From sequence record MW749006.1: a stretch of DNA of 64,000 nt; one strand, given 5' to 3'. Position 1 is the first letter of the stretch. The number at the start of each line of letters is the position of its first letter. The notes below the pieces were generated by a model. The model was not told the origin of the DNA. It made no database searches and was given only the letters and a program-made list of their open reading frames with translations. This document shows, piece after piece, positions 55,049 through 64,000 of this stretch. Made by a program: the position numbers and the translations under genes.

Positions 55049-55462
55049 GTGATCAGAACTAAAGACTGTCTCATCAATCTAAGTAATCTAAAAAGTCAGA
55101 TAGACAACGATTACTTTAAATACCGCGATATGTTCTACAGATGTTTGATTGTTAACTTAGGTCTTTACAACTTAACTAAAGAGGAAATTCGTAGCACCAC
55201 CATCATTGAAGATTCACACTACCATCAAACTTTCTTTACAATGTTAGAAGGTAGTCCTTCAATAGAACACCTACTGCGTGATGTAGAGTCAAGCGAATAC
55301 ACTATGTTGTTAGTGGATATGAACTTATACTTAGATGGTTTTCTAGAAAAGAACCACAACCACAACACAATGAACATTTACAGTTTGTCTATAGAAGACA
55401 ACTTCCACGTCCGGATATCTAACAAACAGATATCTAGAGGACAACCAATCTACCGGAGATAA
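55049..55462 (+). CDS. Hypothetical protein
   Basis: 137-aa ORF. Confidence 0.6.
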   Translation: MIRTKDCLINLSNLKSQIDNDYFKYRDMFYRCLIVNLGLYNLTKEEIRSTTIIEDSHYHQTFFTMLEGSPSIEHLLRDVESSEYTMLLVDMNLYLDGFLEKNHNHNTMNIYSLSIEDNFHVRISNKQISRGQPIYRR

Positions 55463-55464
55463 GT

Positions 55465-55872
55465 ATGTTAGGTAAATCTCTAACAATCCAATTGAAACAT
55501 CTCTCCATAAACTCCCTAGATAAGGGTAAGTTTACGTTAAACATATTACACACTATCGTATGTGAAGCTATTAGCGTCACTGTAGATTCACGCACTGTTA
55601 GTAATATGAATGTCTCATGTAACTTCGAACGTAACCTAGGTCAAGTAGATCTATACCCTCAACTAGATTGGCTTTACGAAGCATCTGAGGGCGAGTTACT
55701 AACACTCAAACATTCGTTCCAAAACTTTGTAATTAGTACTATGGAACACTTTAATTATTCTAAACTTAAGAGTACACACACTCTAAGTTTTACCACCGCC
55801 GTTCTTGGTAATAACCTAGCCGTGATAAGTTACGGTATTATTGGAGATAGTTTTAATGTTGAATCATGTTAG
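55465..55872 (+). CDS. Hypothetical protein
   Basis: 135-aa ORF. Confidence 0.6.
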   Translation: MLGKSLTIQLKHLSINSLDKGKFTLNILHTIVCEAISVTVDSRTVSNMNVSCNFERNLGQVDLYPQLDWLYEASEGELLTLKHSFQNFVISTMEHFNYSKLKSTHTLSFTTAVLGNNLAVISYGIIGDSFNVESC

Positions 55873-56440
55873 ACCATTCTTACTTAATCGTCAAAACAAC
55901 TTAGCTCTACAAAAGGAATTAAGTCTTGACTATGCTAAGATAGATTACATGGCCACGGTTAGCGAATTAATGTACACGTACAATGCTCCTGTCGAGATTC
56001 AAATAGAATTAGGACAGCGGTTATTTCGACTAATCAACTTGGTAATGATACACAACTTGTTTATCTACATCGCGGAGAACCGTATTCAAGATTATGTTGT
56101 ACATCTTGAGAAAGGAACTTTGGGATCAGAATTGTATGTCAGTTACTATTACTTGAATCCTATAGCTGAGTTACTCTTTGGTAATCATAGCGAACATCAG
56201 GACGATAACTTAGACTATTTAGTACAGGTAATAACTAATTACTTAAATAGAACTATATCCAAAGACCATGAGCGATACTCTTTAGTTCTACACCAAGTAT
56301 TTGAAGAACTACTAGAGACGTTTCAAGGTTATCCATTAGGGTCGTTTAAGTTAGAAATGATGGGGGATAGTTCTCCTGTTATATTTCTAGTAGACCCCAC
56401 AGAGGGAGCTTCATGTGCTCAAGCTAATTCGTTTCTCTGA
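55856..56440 (+). CDS. Hypothetical protein
   Basis: ATG 55856 with GGAG RBS. Confidence 0.6.
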   Translation: MLNHVRPFLLNRQNNLALQKELSLDYAKIDYMATVSELMYTYNAPVEIQIELGQRLFRLINLVMIHNLFIYIAENRIQDYVVHLEKGTLGSELYVSYYYLNPIAELLFGNHSEHQDDNLDYLVQVITNYLNRTISKDHERYSLVLHQVFEELLETFQGYPLGSFKLEMMGDSSPVIFLVDPTEGASCAQANSFL

Positions 56441-57002
56441 TCAAGACTTTTCTGATTTATTAGATCACATACCAGATGTGAGTAATACATCTAAGAATCT
56501 TTTTGATGACATCATTAACTCAAACGACTGTACTTATGTGGACTTCATATATAGTACTTTAATCAACCATAACCGATTGTATAAAGAACCAGAGTTTCCG
56601 ATTCGTATACCAAGGATGTTCATAGAGTCTAAAACCTTAATGGTTGACGTTATGGAATTAATGATTTCTGGGTACTTAAACACCGACTGTCCTCTATCGG
56701 ATAAGTATAGTAGTTTCTTTTATGATGACATGAATTCCGTCATAGATGATGTACTTGGTGTAGTCATAGGTCCTAGTAACGATCCTGTTGTAGACTACGA
56801 ACATAAAATCAGATTAGAGTACCTAATGGAGGTAATAGAGATCGTTAGTGTTATAGACGATTACATAGAAGGTATTCTTAAGGGTGCGTTAATCGGGTTT
56901 GGGGAGATCTCCTCTATCATGGTAACTATAGCTCATGATAGCGAATACCTATACCTGATACTATCTGATGAATTTAGACACGAGTTCTCTACGATATATT
57001 AA
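56415..57002 (+). CDS. Hypothetical acidic protein
   Basis: 195-aa ORF. Confidence 0.6.
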   Translation: MLKLIRFSDQDFSDLLDHIPDVSNTSKNLFDDIINSNDCTYVDFIYSTLINHNRLYKEPEFPIRIPRMFIESKTLMVDVMELMISGYLNTDCPLSDKYSSFFYDDMNSVIDDVLGVVIGPSNDPVVDYEHKIRLEYLMEVIEIVSVIDDYIEGILKGALIGFGEISSIMVTIAHDSEYLYLILSDEFRHEFSTIY

Positions 57003-57013
57003 AGGGGTAACAT

Positions 57014-57688
57014 GTGCGGATCACAACTGGAACAAACACACCGGAGGGGGTATTAGTACGAATCAAAGATAAACTATGTTTAACTATTGGTTTAGACGTA
57101 TCTCGTATAAAACTACTTGTTGACCGTTACGTTATCAAAACTGTAAGCTTCGATGGAAGTAAATCACACTTCACAAAAGTTAATATGTTTAACGATCTAA
57201 CTAGAGACCGGATGACTATAAAAGTCTTCTTCAAGTTTCTTAGAGTGATCTTAGTTAAGCGAGTTATACTAAGTGTTAGTGTTACTACTATAGATGATGA
57301 CGACTATACGGTTATAGATGAGTTATCTTTATCACAGTTAGAGGAGGCTGCTAGTGATAACGGTAAAGGAACTAACACCCCAGAAGGAGTGTTAGTTCGA
57401 ATTAAGGATAAGCTAAGTACAATAATGGAATTGGATATAGATAGAGTTAAGTTACTCGTAGATAGATTCGTCACTCAAAGTTTAAACGTAACGGGTAGTA
57501 AAGCTCATTTTACTAAGACAAATACCTTTAACGATCTAACTAGAAAGAAAATGACGATTAAAGTCTTCTTCAAGTTTCTTAGAATTATACTGGTGAAGAA
57601 GGTAACTATATCCATTACAGTAACAACTGTGGATGATAAAGAGTTTACAGTTTCAGAGACTATGACTATATCTCAAGCACGAGTGTAA
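57014..57688 (+). CDS. Protein made of two near-identical ~110-aa domains
   Basis: GTNTPEGVLVRIKDKL...FNDLTR..MTIKVFFKFLR occurs twice, 113 aa apart. Confidence 0.8.
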   Translation: MRITTGTNTPEGVLVRIKDKLCLTIGLDVSRIKLLVDRYVIKTVSFDGSKSHFTKVNMFNDLTRDRMTIKVFFKFLRVILVKRVILSVSVTTIDDDDYTVIDELSLSQLEEAASDNGKGTNTPEGVLVRIKDKLSTIMELDIDRVKLLVDRFVTQSLNVTGSKAHFTKTNTFNDLTRKKMTIKVFFKFLRIILVKKVTISITVTTVDDKEFTVSETMTISQARV

Positions 57689-57700
57689 TAAGACAAAAGG

Positions 57701-57727
57701 AACCACTACCAACAAAGGGTAGTGGTT
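57701..57727. terminator. Hairpin between convergent genes
   Basis: aaccactacc-aacaaag-ggtagtggtt. Confidence 0.7.
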
Positions 57728-57997
57728 CTATTGTTTTACTTCTTCTAATATAAGGATAATATCTTTAGCTAGTTTTTCTTTTTGTCTTTCTGTAAAATAA
57801 GTAGGACAATGTTGATTTACGTTGTCATAGATAGTATTGATTTTGTATAAGAGAAAAATAGATAGAACAAAACCAGAGGTAAGAATAGTAACTACTATGA
57901 CCTTAAGAGGATTGAACTTTTTACTTGTTATTTTATACTCGCCATCAGTGAAGATAGTTCTAAGTAAAAATGTCTCTAATAGTTTTAAATAAACCAA
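57728..57997 (-). CDS. Small single-TM membrane protein
   Basis: VIVVTILTSGFVLSIFLLY hydrophobic segment. Confidence 0.6.
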   Translation of the reverse strand: MVYLKLLETFLLRTIFTDGEYKITSKKFNPLKVIVVTILTSGFVLSIFLLYKINTIYDNVNQHCPTYFTERQKEKLAKDIILILEEVKQ

Positions 57998-58057
57998 TAT
58001 ACACCTCCTTGGTCATTTTTTGATTTGTGCTTCTTTTTTATATGTGAGGACGGTACC

Positions 58058-59374
58058 GTGATAAAACTAAAAGGGTTTGTGACGAGGGATGACTTTGTAG
58101 TCCCCTCCTCTAAAGTAACATCTCCAATATATGAATTATCCTCTAAGGGGATGACTTACGCTAAGGTTCGTGGTGATCATTACTATACCGTAGATCCTCG
58201 TTACAGTTTAAAGGTGTTTAAGTTAGAAGGTGGAGATTTCATTACTAAACCTCAAGCTGACTTAGTGATGAAAGTAGTTACAGCATTCACTACTTTTTTA
58301 CCTACCATCATCAACATCAACAAACAAAACACTATCTTGTTGTTCACATCTAACTACAACGCTTTGAACCCAAGTACACCTGTATCTGGATTCACTTACA
58401 ATAATATCGTAGAACATAACTTAATACAAGTACCTGATTACATTTCTTTTGTTACTGGTGATATATCGGTTAACATCTGGTTAAGTAGTGGTTTGTTTGA
58501 GTCGTTCTACCCTGACTATGATATCGACGTAGTTCTACCGTTTGAGAACTTTGTTCATAAGGTAAATAACCCCGGTGAGTTCATTGGTCAACTAAATGAC
58601 TTTAACCTCATTAAGTTCAATGATCGTATTGACTTTGCTAAGTCTCAAGCACCTTGTACCTCTACACGTATTCTTAACATACCTTATAAGTTAGGTAACA
58701 CTGACACTTTGAAAGATTGTTACTTTGCGTTTAACGTGTATGGTGCTCAAGGTAACTATGAACACATCCTTAAATTAGAACTGTATCGTTATTTAACTGA
58801 AGAATTGAGCATCGAAGGTAGTGTTGTAGAAACATTATTTCCTACTCTACTAAACGTGAATGAGTTCTTCTTTGTACCTCGATGGGATAATATAGCTATA
58901 CCTGGATCTACTGGTATCTCTAGTATTAACTCACAGGTAGTTCGTTCTTACAGTGCTGACTTTGATATCACTAAGTTTGTTAAAGGTTATGGTGATCACG
59001 TATTCCTTAAGAACAACACATACACTGTTCCTTTTGACTATAACAACTTGAACATCCAAGTAGTAAACGGAATGTATACTGACTTTGGTATTCGTGACTT
59101 TAAAACTTATTATAGTGACTTCATAAGTGTACCTACATCACATCCGGATTTCTCTAGAATGAAACAGAGAACTCAGCGATTAGTTACCTTGTTGGAAAGT
59201 ATGTTAGATGTAGCTACCAGTAGTGATTCAACTGAACTGTTTAATAAGATACAACAAAACAGTAGCTACAACTTCAACGTGATTGTTCGCAGTGGTGTTA
59301 CTTACTTATCTTACCTCTTTGAAGATCACCAGTTGTATATCATTCCTCGTTATGAATTCTTAGCTAATCAGTAG
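58058..59374 (+). CDS. Probable chimallivirus virion structural protein
   Basis: GTG 58058 with GAGG RBS, preceded by a T-run and TATG (late-promoter-like); IFF/FFVPRW-type motif. Confidence 0.5.
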   Translation: MIKLKGFVTRDDFVVPSSKVTSPIYELSSKGMTYAKVRGDHYYTVDPRYSLKVFKLEGGDFITKPQADLVMKVVTAFTTFLPTIININKQNTILLFTSNYNALNPSTPVSGFTYNNIVEHNLIQVPDYISFVTGDISVNIWLSSGLFESFYPDYDIDVVLPFENFVHKVNNPGEFIGQLNDFNLIKFNDRIDFAKSQAPCTSTRILNIPYKLGNTDTLKDCYFAFNVYGAQGNYEHILKLELYRYLTEELSIEGSVVETLFPTLLNVNEFFFVPRWDNIAIPGSTGISSINSQVVRSYSADFDITKFVKGYGDHVFLKNNTYTVPFDYNNLNIQVVNGMYTDFGIRDFKTYYSDFISVPTSHPDFSRMKQRTQRLVTLLESMLDVATSSDSTELFNKIQQNSSYNFNVIVRSGVTYLSYLFEDHQLYIIPRYEFLANQ

Positions 59375-59382
59375 GAGGTTAA

Positions 59383-60036
59383 ATGCCTAGCGTAAGTATA
59401 CACACACCTAACATTGGTTTAGAAGGTTATTTTACTTTCAAAGAACCTATTAACTTCTATGTTCGTAATAAGTTTAATCTAGATGAGAAATCAGTTAAGC
59501 TTAAAATAGTTAGTTTGATATCCATGGGTGATATCATTATTAACGATATGCGAGATCCTTACACTGATCTATACGAACCTGCTGGTATAAGTGAAAGTGA
59601 ATACAAGAAAGATTTGATAGATAGAGTGCCTTTAGTTACCTTAGCGTTTCTTAATGATACTTGTAACAATCAGTTCTTACGAGTGCCACTTAACTATATA
59701 GACAGTATAAGTGACATAAGTAGTATAGATTATCACAGTAAGGTTATTCTCATTGACTTAAATAAGTTACCTGTTAATCTTAAGTTGAGTCCTTTCTTTA
59801 ATGACCTTAGTGATTTCATTGAAACACGTGTAGGTATTACACCTACTATAAAGGAAGTTAGTTTAGGACGTGTAGAGTTTGTAGATGACTTAGAACATAC
59901 TACAAGAGAAACTATCCGTAGTAATATGGTATCAGTACACAAGACTACGGAGATTCAACTAGAAGAAATAACAACTCGTTACAATGAGTTACTCCATCGT
60001 TTAGACGAAATGGGTATCATGTTAACTACGCAATAA
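59383..60036 (+). CDS. Probable virion-associated protein
   Basis: 217 aa; AGGAGG RBS; co-oriented with the previous gene. Confidence 0.5.
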   Translation: MPSVSIHTPNIGLEGYFTFKEPINFYVRNKFNLDEKSVKLKIVSLISMGDIIINDMRDPYTDLYEPAGISESEYKKDLIDRVPLVTLAFLNDTCNNQFLRVPLNYIDSISDISSIDYHSKVILIDLNKLPVNLKLSPFFNDLSDFIETRVGITPTIKEVSLGRVEFVDDLEHTTRETIRSNMVSVHKTTEIQLEEITTRYNELLHRLDEMGIMLTTQ

Positions 60037-60044
60037 ACTACATA

Positions 60045-60075
60045 CACCTACCTGTAAAAGGGTGGGTGTATGTTT
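60045..60075 (+). terminator. Hairpin/terminator
   Basis: catacacctacc-tgtaaaa-gggtgggtgtatg. Confidence 0.55.
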
Positions 60076-60143
60076 ACCCCCTATATATCCTGTGGTTTTA
60101 GAATACCACCTGTTTTGGTGGACTCAATTAAATTGGAGGCTAC

Positions 60144-60533
60144 ATGTCTAGCTACGACGAAGAAGGTATACGGTTATTAGATAAGACAGTAGCCGTCAGA
60201 GAAAGAATGATTGACCACTTATTAAAGTCGGAAGAGCTACCCACTAAAGCACGAGATGTAGAGAAATTTGTTACTCTACTAGACTCTACAGATAAGAGTA
60301 TCTTTACTCGCGCTAAGATTAAGTTAGAAGAAAGTAACCAGAAGACTAGTGAAGAATCTAAAGAGTTACTACGTGATCTTTTACTTAGTTTACATCAAAC
60401 ACCTAAAGAAAAAGACATTACTCCAACTACTGGAGTTATACCTCAATTTGTTTCTTCCTCTATGGTTGTTACTGATGCTGAAATTATGTTAGAAGAAGAT
60501 GAACCAGACATCGAACAGTACTTAAGTAATTAA
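60144..60533 (+). CDS. Hypothetical protein
   Basis: 129 aa; GGAGG RBS. Confidence 0.65.
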   Translation: MSSYDEEGIRLLDKTVAVRERMIDHLLKSEELPTKARDVEKFVTLLDSTDKSIFTRAKIKLEESNQKTSEESKELLRDLLLSLHQTPKEKDITPTTGVIPQFVSSSMVVTDAEIMLEEDEPDIEQYLSN

Positions 60534-60540
60534 GACACAT

Positions 60541-60568
60541 CACCAGAGAGCCGTCAAGCTCTCTGGTG
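60541..60568. terminator. Hairpin between convergent genes
   Basis: caccagagag-ccgtcaag-ctctctggtg. Confidence 0.7.
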
Positions 60569-60577
60569 AGTGTTTGT

Positions 60578-60814
60578 TTATATCTTTAACTTACTATTAA
60601 GTAAAGCGATAGAACCGCTGTACTGAGGTCGTACTTCCCTTGAGGCTATGTAAATAGCTTTCTCTGGAGTTAGAGTAGTAGAGTTTATTTCTTCTGACAT
60701 CAATTTGTAGAACTCTATAGGGTCTATCTTAGTAGGTACGTTTACTTCCGTAGAAGTTATTCGAGTCTTCTTAAGAACGTTTATGGGCAAGGACGCTAAG
60801 TAATCTTTAAGCAC
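60578..60814 (-). CDS. Small hypothetical protein
   Basis: 78-aa ORF with AGGAG RBS. Confidence 0.55.
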   Translation of the reverse strand: MLKDYLASLPINVLKKTRITSTEVNVPTKIDPIEFYKLMSEEINSTTLTPEKAIYIASREVRPQYSGSIALLNSKLKI

Positions 60815-63170
60815 AGATCTCTCCTATCAACACTAGTGATGTTGGATGTAAGTCTAAAGGACGATGTGCACCTAGATCCACTAGATCAGGTATAGAAGCT
60901 AAGTACTCTTCTTCTTTCTTAGATAGTTTAGGAAACAGTTCAGTGAAGTCTACATCCATCCAAGCTCCAGTTTTGTTATCTCTAGATACTAAAGATTTGT
61001 CATTCTGAATGGTCTTCTGTAGTTCTTTTAACTTCTCTAAGAAACTTCTTTCTATTTCATTTAACAAGTTACTGTTAATTTCATCTAAGTTAATGTCTAG
61101 TAATTGTTTTAGGAAGTTACCTATCTTATCAGCAAGATTACCGTTAGATATAACGTGTTCTCTTCTACCTTCACTTATCATAGGTAGATTCTTAAGTTCA
61201 CCTAAAGCTTGTAGTAGTAGAGACTCTTTATCAGGTATTGGTTTGTAGCTAGCTAAGATAGCTAAGATAGCTGATAATTTAGCATTAATCTCGTCTAGAG
61301 TAAGTTGTACTCTACCAATATCTCTAATCATTGTTTCTAGATCAGGAGAGATTATTCTTGTAGTGGCTAGTTCTTCTAAGATAGAATATATTAAAGCATC
61401 TCTAGCTGCTTGTGTTAGTGTAGAGTCTTTTAGTTGATTTAGTTTATCCAAGATAGTAGAAGATGCGTAGTGTTTAGATTGGATTAAATCTAAGATAGCT
61501 AAGTTTCTTTCTTCTATCTCTTCTGGAGTTAATTTAGTTCTAGCACTATCTACAACCAATGCTTCTAACTCAGGAGTTAACACACCTAAAGCGTTTAGCT
61601 GACTAAGTACACTAGCTATAATAGCATCTCTTTCTTCTTGAGTTAAATTAGGGTTAACTAATTGATATAGTATTGTTAAGGATTCTATTATTTGTTTTTG
61701 TCTATCTGACTCTTGGTTAGTTAAAGATAGTATTAACTCGTCTCTTTCTTCTTTAGTTAGATCTGGGTTAGCTACTGCTCTAATCTGTGCTTCTAATTCA
61801 GGAGTTAGATATCCTAGGTTTCTTAAATCAGCTAAGATAGTGTCTAGTATAGTTAATCTTTCTTCTGGAGTTAGAGCATCGTTGTTAAGAAGATCTAATC
61901 GTTGGAACACAGTAAGAACTTGCTCGTGTGTTTCTTTTGTCTTATCTATTATAGATTGTATTCTATCTCGTTGTTCTTCTTCAGTGTAGGAATCAGAACC
62001 TATGTTATTTATGGAATCAGTAACAATAGGAGATACCTTACCAGGGAGACTAAGTTCTTCTAGCACACTTTCAATTAGTAAGTCTCTGTCTGTTTGAGTA
62101 AAGAGAGGATTGTTAAGATCGGCAATCATACCAGCTAACTCAGGAGTAATACCTTCTTGTTTAACTATAGTAGTTACTACCTCAACAGTACGTTCTTCCC
62201 TTTCCTCTACACTAAACTCACCAGTAACAGCGGTGGTGATGTCTCTTATGTCTTTATCTGTTAACGGGAAATTAACACCTAGTTCATTAACGTATTCACT
62301 AGTGGCTAATATCTTTTCTTCTTTAGGTAGAGTAGTTAAAGATAGTAGATTATCATTAACGTTAGCTATGGTAGGTTTAGGTAATTCCATATCGTACCAT
62401 GAATCTTTAATGATGAAGTCTTTTTGTTCGTCACTAATCTCTGCGTTCTGAACATAGATATTAGTTTGTTTAGGTCCTTTGGTAAATAGACTAGCAAGGT
62501 AACTATTACTAGAGATGTTGTAAGGTAAAGACGGGTTTTGATATTTGGGTTCGATACCATTACGATTGATAGTCATGAAGGTACCTAGGAACTCGTTAGC
62601 TGACAATAGATCATACATAGATCCAGTCATAGCTTCTAGTCTACCAAGAGGTGAGAGACTAGCTAGAGACTCTTTACTGTTCTCAGAGCAAATACGATTA
62701 AGCCATGAGAAAAGTAGTCCCATCAACAGACCACTAAGAATATTCTTGGAGATAGCATAACCTGTAAAGAAACCTAGTAACATATCTAGGTTGTTACAGA
62801 AGAGAGAAGCTCCTACCTTTAAGATACGCTGGAAGAAGGATTTGAATCCAGACAGATCCATACTCTTTAATTTATCTAGGATGTTACGAACAAAAGCTGG
62901 TAGTTTGATCTTAGACATACGATCAACTATCTTAGCCATTAAGTCCTGTACAAACTTAAGTAGTTTAGCTGGCGCTTCCTCTACAGCTTTCATTATGTCT
63001 TTAATCTTAGACTCAGCAAACTCTGCCTTCTTACTCATTGATTCAGCAAGTTTAGTTAACTTAGCTACAGGAGCACTATAAGCGTCGTTACTTTGGATAT
63101 CATTAAAGTCCATAACCGCTAGATTAGTTTCACGGTCTAGGACTTTATTTCTCTGTGCAGCTATGGCCAT
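60807..63170 (-). CDS. Large helical protein with four 76-aa tandem repeats, possibly virion-associated
   Basis: Repeats L.N..LT..ERD..I..VL..L...G..TP.L at exact 228-nt spacing, starting at 62117 and running to about 61206. Confidence 0.7.
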   Translation of the reverse strand: MAIAAQRNKVLDRETNLAVMDFNDIQSNDAYSAPVAKLTKLAESMSKKAEFAESKIKDIMKAVEEAPAKLLKFVQDLMAKIVDRMSKIKLPAFVRNILDKLKSMDLSGFKSFFQRILKVGASLFCNNLDMLLGFFTGYAISKNILSGLLMGLLFSWLNRICSENSKESLASLSPLGRLEAMTGSMYDLLSANEFLGTFMTINRNGIEPKYQNPSLPYNISSNSYLASLFTKGPKQTNIYVQNAEISDEQKDFIIKDSWYDMELPKPTIANVNDNLLSLTTLPKEEKILATSEYVNELGVNFPLTDKDIRDITTAVTGEFSVEEREERTVEVVTTIVKQEGITPELAGMIADLNNPLFTQTDRDLLIESVLEELSLPGKVSPIVTDSINNIGSDSYTEEEQRDRIQSIIDKTKETHEQVLTVFQRLDLLNNDALTPEERLTILDTILADLRNLGYLTPELEAQIRAVANPDLTKEERDELILSLTNQESDRQKQIIESLTILYQLVNPNLTQEERDAIIASVLSQLNALGVLTPELEALVVDSARTKLTPEEIEERNLAILDLIQSKHYASSTILDKLNQLKDSTLTQAARDALIYSILEELATTRIISPDLETMIRDIGRVQLTLDEINAKLSAILAILASYKPIPDKESLLLQALGELKNLPMISEGRREHVISNGNLADKIGNFLKQLLDINLDEINSNLLNEIERSFLEKLKELQKTIQNDKSLVSRDNKTGAWMDVDFTELFPKLSKKEEEYLASIPDLVDLGAHRPLDLHPTSLVLIGEICA

Positions 63171-63186
63171 GGTAATTATCCTGTTG

Positions 63187-63990
63187 TTATAGTTCCGGTA
63201 GATCTACATCAGTTAAGTCTACTTCATCTAACTTCTCTTCTTTAAGACTGTCATTTAAGTCTTTAAGATAGATTGCAGTGGTGACTAAGTTACTGTAGAA
63301 AACTACTGGAAGGAATGAAAGGTTAAGATACCTAGAAAGAAGAAACTCAGTGTAAGAGAACATGTCACTAAAACCTATCTCTTTAATCTTCTTAAGATCT
63401 TCTTTAGTTGGTGATTTTTGCTGTAGAGCCGGGAAGTACATTGTTACTTCTTTTATATCTACGTTCTCTAACTGCTTGGAGTGTAAATTTATCCAAGTAG
63501 TGAAGTCATACATAAAGATAGCAGCAAACCCGTTTTGCTTAATATAAGCAGGTGAAAGTTGTTTTGGTTTAATTAGAACTACTGATATCAAACATTCTGC
63601 TTGTAACTTAACAAAGAGAAGGTTCTGTATATGTTCAGCTTCTTCATGTGTTAGTTGTAACGGATAAGTATTGAGTACTACTTCTACTCGTTTGTTATCT
63701 GTATACATTCCAGTCATTTTCTCCATAGAAAGAATCTTGTTTCTAACTGGAGAGATGATGTGTGATAAAGAAGACGCTGGTAGTATAGACTTAGTCATGT
63801 TAGCGTGTGCTTTCTTATAGGCTTCATCTTCTACTAAAGAGAACTTATCTACATCACGATAGTTATAGTCATTAGAGAGTAAGTACTCTATAAGAACTTC
63901 AGTGTCTTCCACTGTTTCAAAGAGTAGACCTTGTCTTAGATCCAATAAGGATTCTATATCAACATAGATTTTATTTGTTTCAGACATCAA
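63187..63990 (-). CDS. Hypothetical protein, probably conserved in phiKZ-like phages
   Basis: 267 aa; IYVDIESLLDLRQG, LNTYP. Confidence 0.6.
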   Translation of the reverse strand: MMSETNKIYVDIESLLDLRQGLLFETVEDTEVLIEYLLSNDYNYRDVDKFSLVEDEAYKKAHANMTKSILPASSLSHIISPVRNKILSMEKMTGMYTDNKRVEVVLNTYPLQLTHEEAEHIQNLLFVKLQAECLISVVLIKPKQLSPAYIKQNGFAAIFMYDFTTWINLHSKQLENVDIKEVTMYFPALQQKSPTKEDLKKIKEIGFSDMFSYTEFLLSRYLNLSFLPVVFYSNLVTTAIYLKDLNDSLKEEKLDEVDLTDVDLPEL

Positions 63991-64000
63991 TATTACTCCA

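Noticed and set aside
1-64000. tRNA/rRNA genes and stop-codon reassignment
   Set aside because: No intergenic cloverleaf or TTCGA(A)TCC T-loop was found by eye (GTTCGA hits at ~46055 and ~62550 are inside CDSs). Core genes are full length in the standard code and TAG is used as a stop.

Overview
64-kb fragment of an AT-rich, lytic phiKZ-related jumbo phage (Chimalliviridae-like). Gene-family calls come from motif recognition and synteny, not from a database search. Conserved core blocks: putative PicA/Imp1 - gp70-like - nvRNAP beta - nvRNAP beta' - SF2 helicase; DnaB; tail sheath/tube with divergent virion genes; SbcC; vRNAP beta' fragment; RNase H. These alternate with + strand clusters of small accessory genes. 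Nucleotide metabolism genes are thyX, a dNMP kinase and dcd. The main unexplained structure is the non-coding grammar of the accessory regions. A phage promoter motif, YACATATATADYA(C), occurs 11 times, always on the + strand and usually followed by a leader hairpin. Several near-identical 30-73 bp promoter/hairpin/terminator modules recur in pairs around unrelated genes, suggesting shuffling of gene cassettes through regulatory repeats. Other candidates: a free-standing GIY-YIG endonuclease bracketed by duplicated promoters ahead of the RNAP beta gene; a 23-aa hypervariable repeat gene between identical 39-bp repeats; a bacterial-type (CapH-like) XRE repressor; a macro-like+SLOG fusion; paralog arrays; Q-rich prion-like regions; and a 4 x 76-aa helical repeat insert. 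No tRNA, rRNA, CRISPR array, integrase or chimallin gene was recognised.
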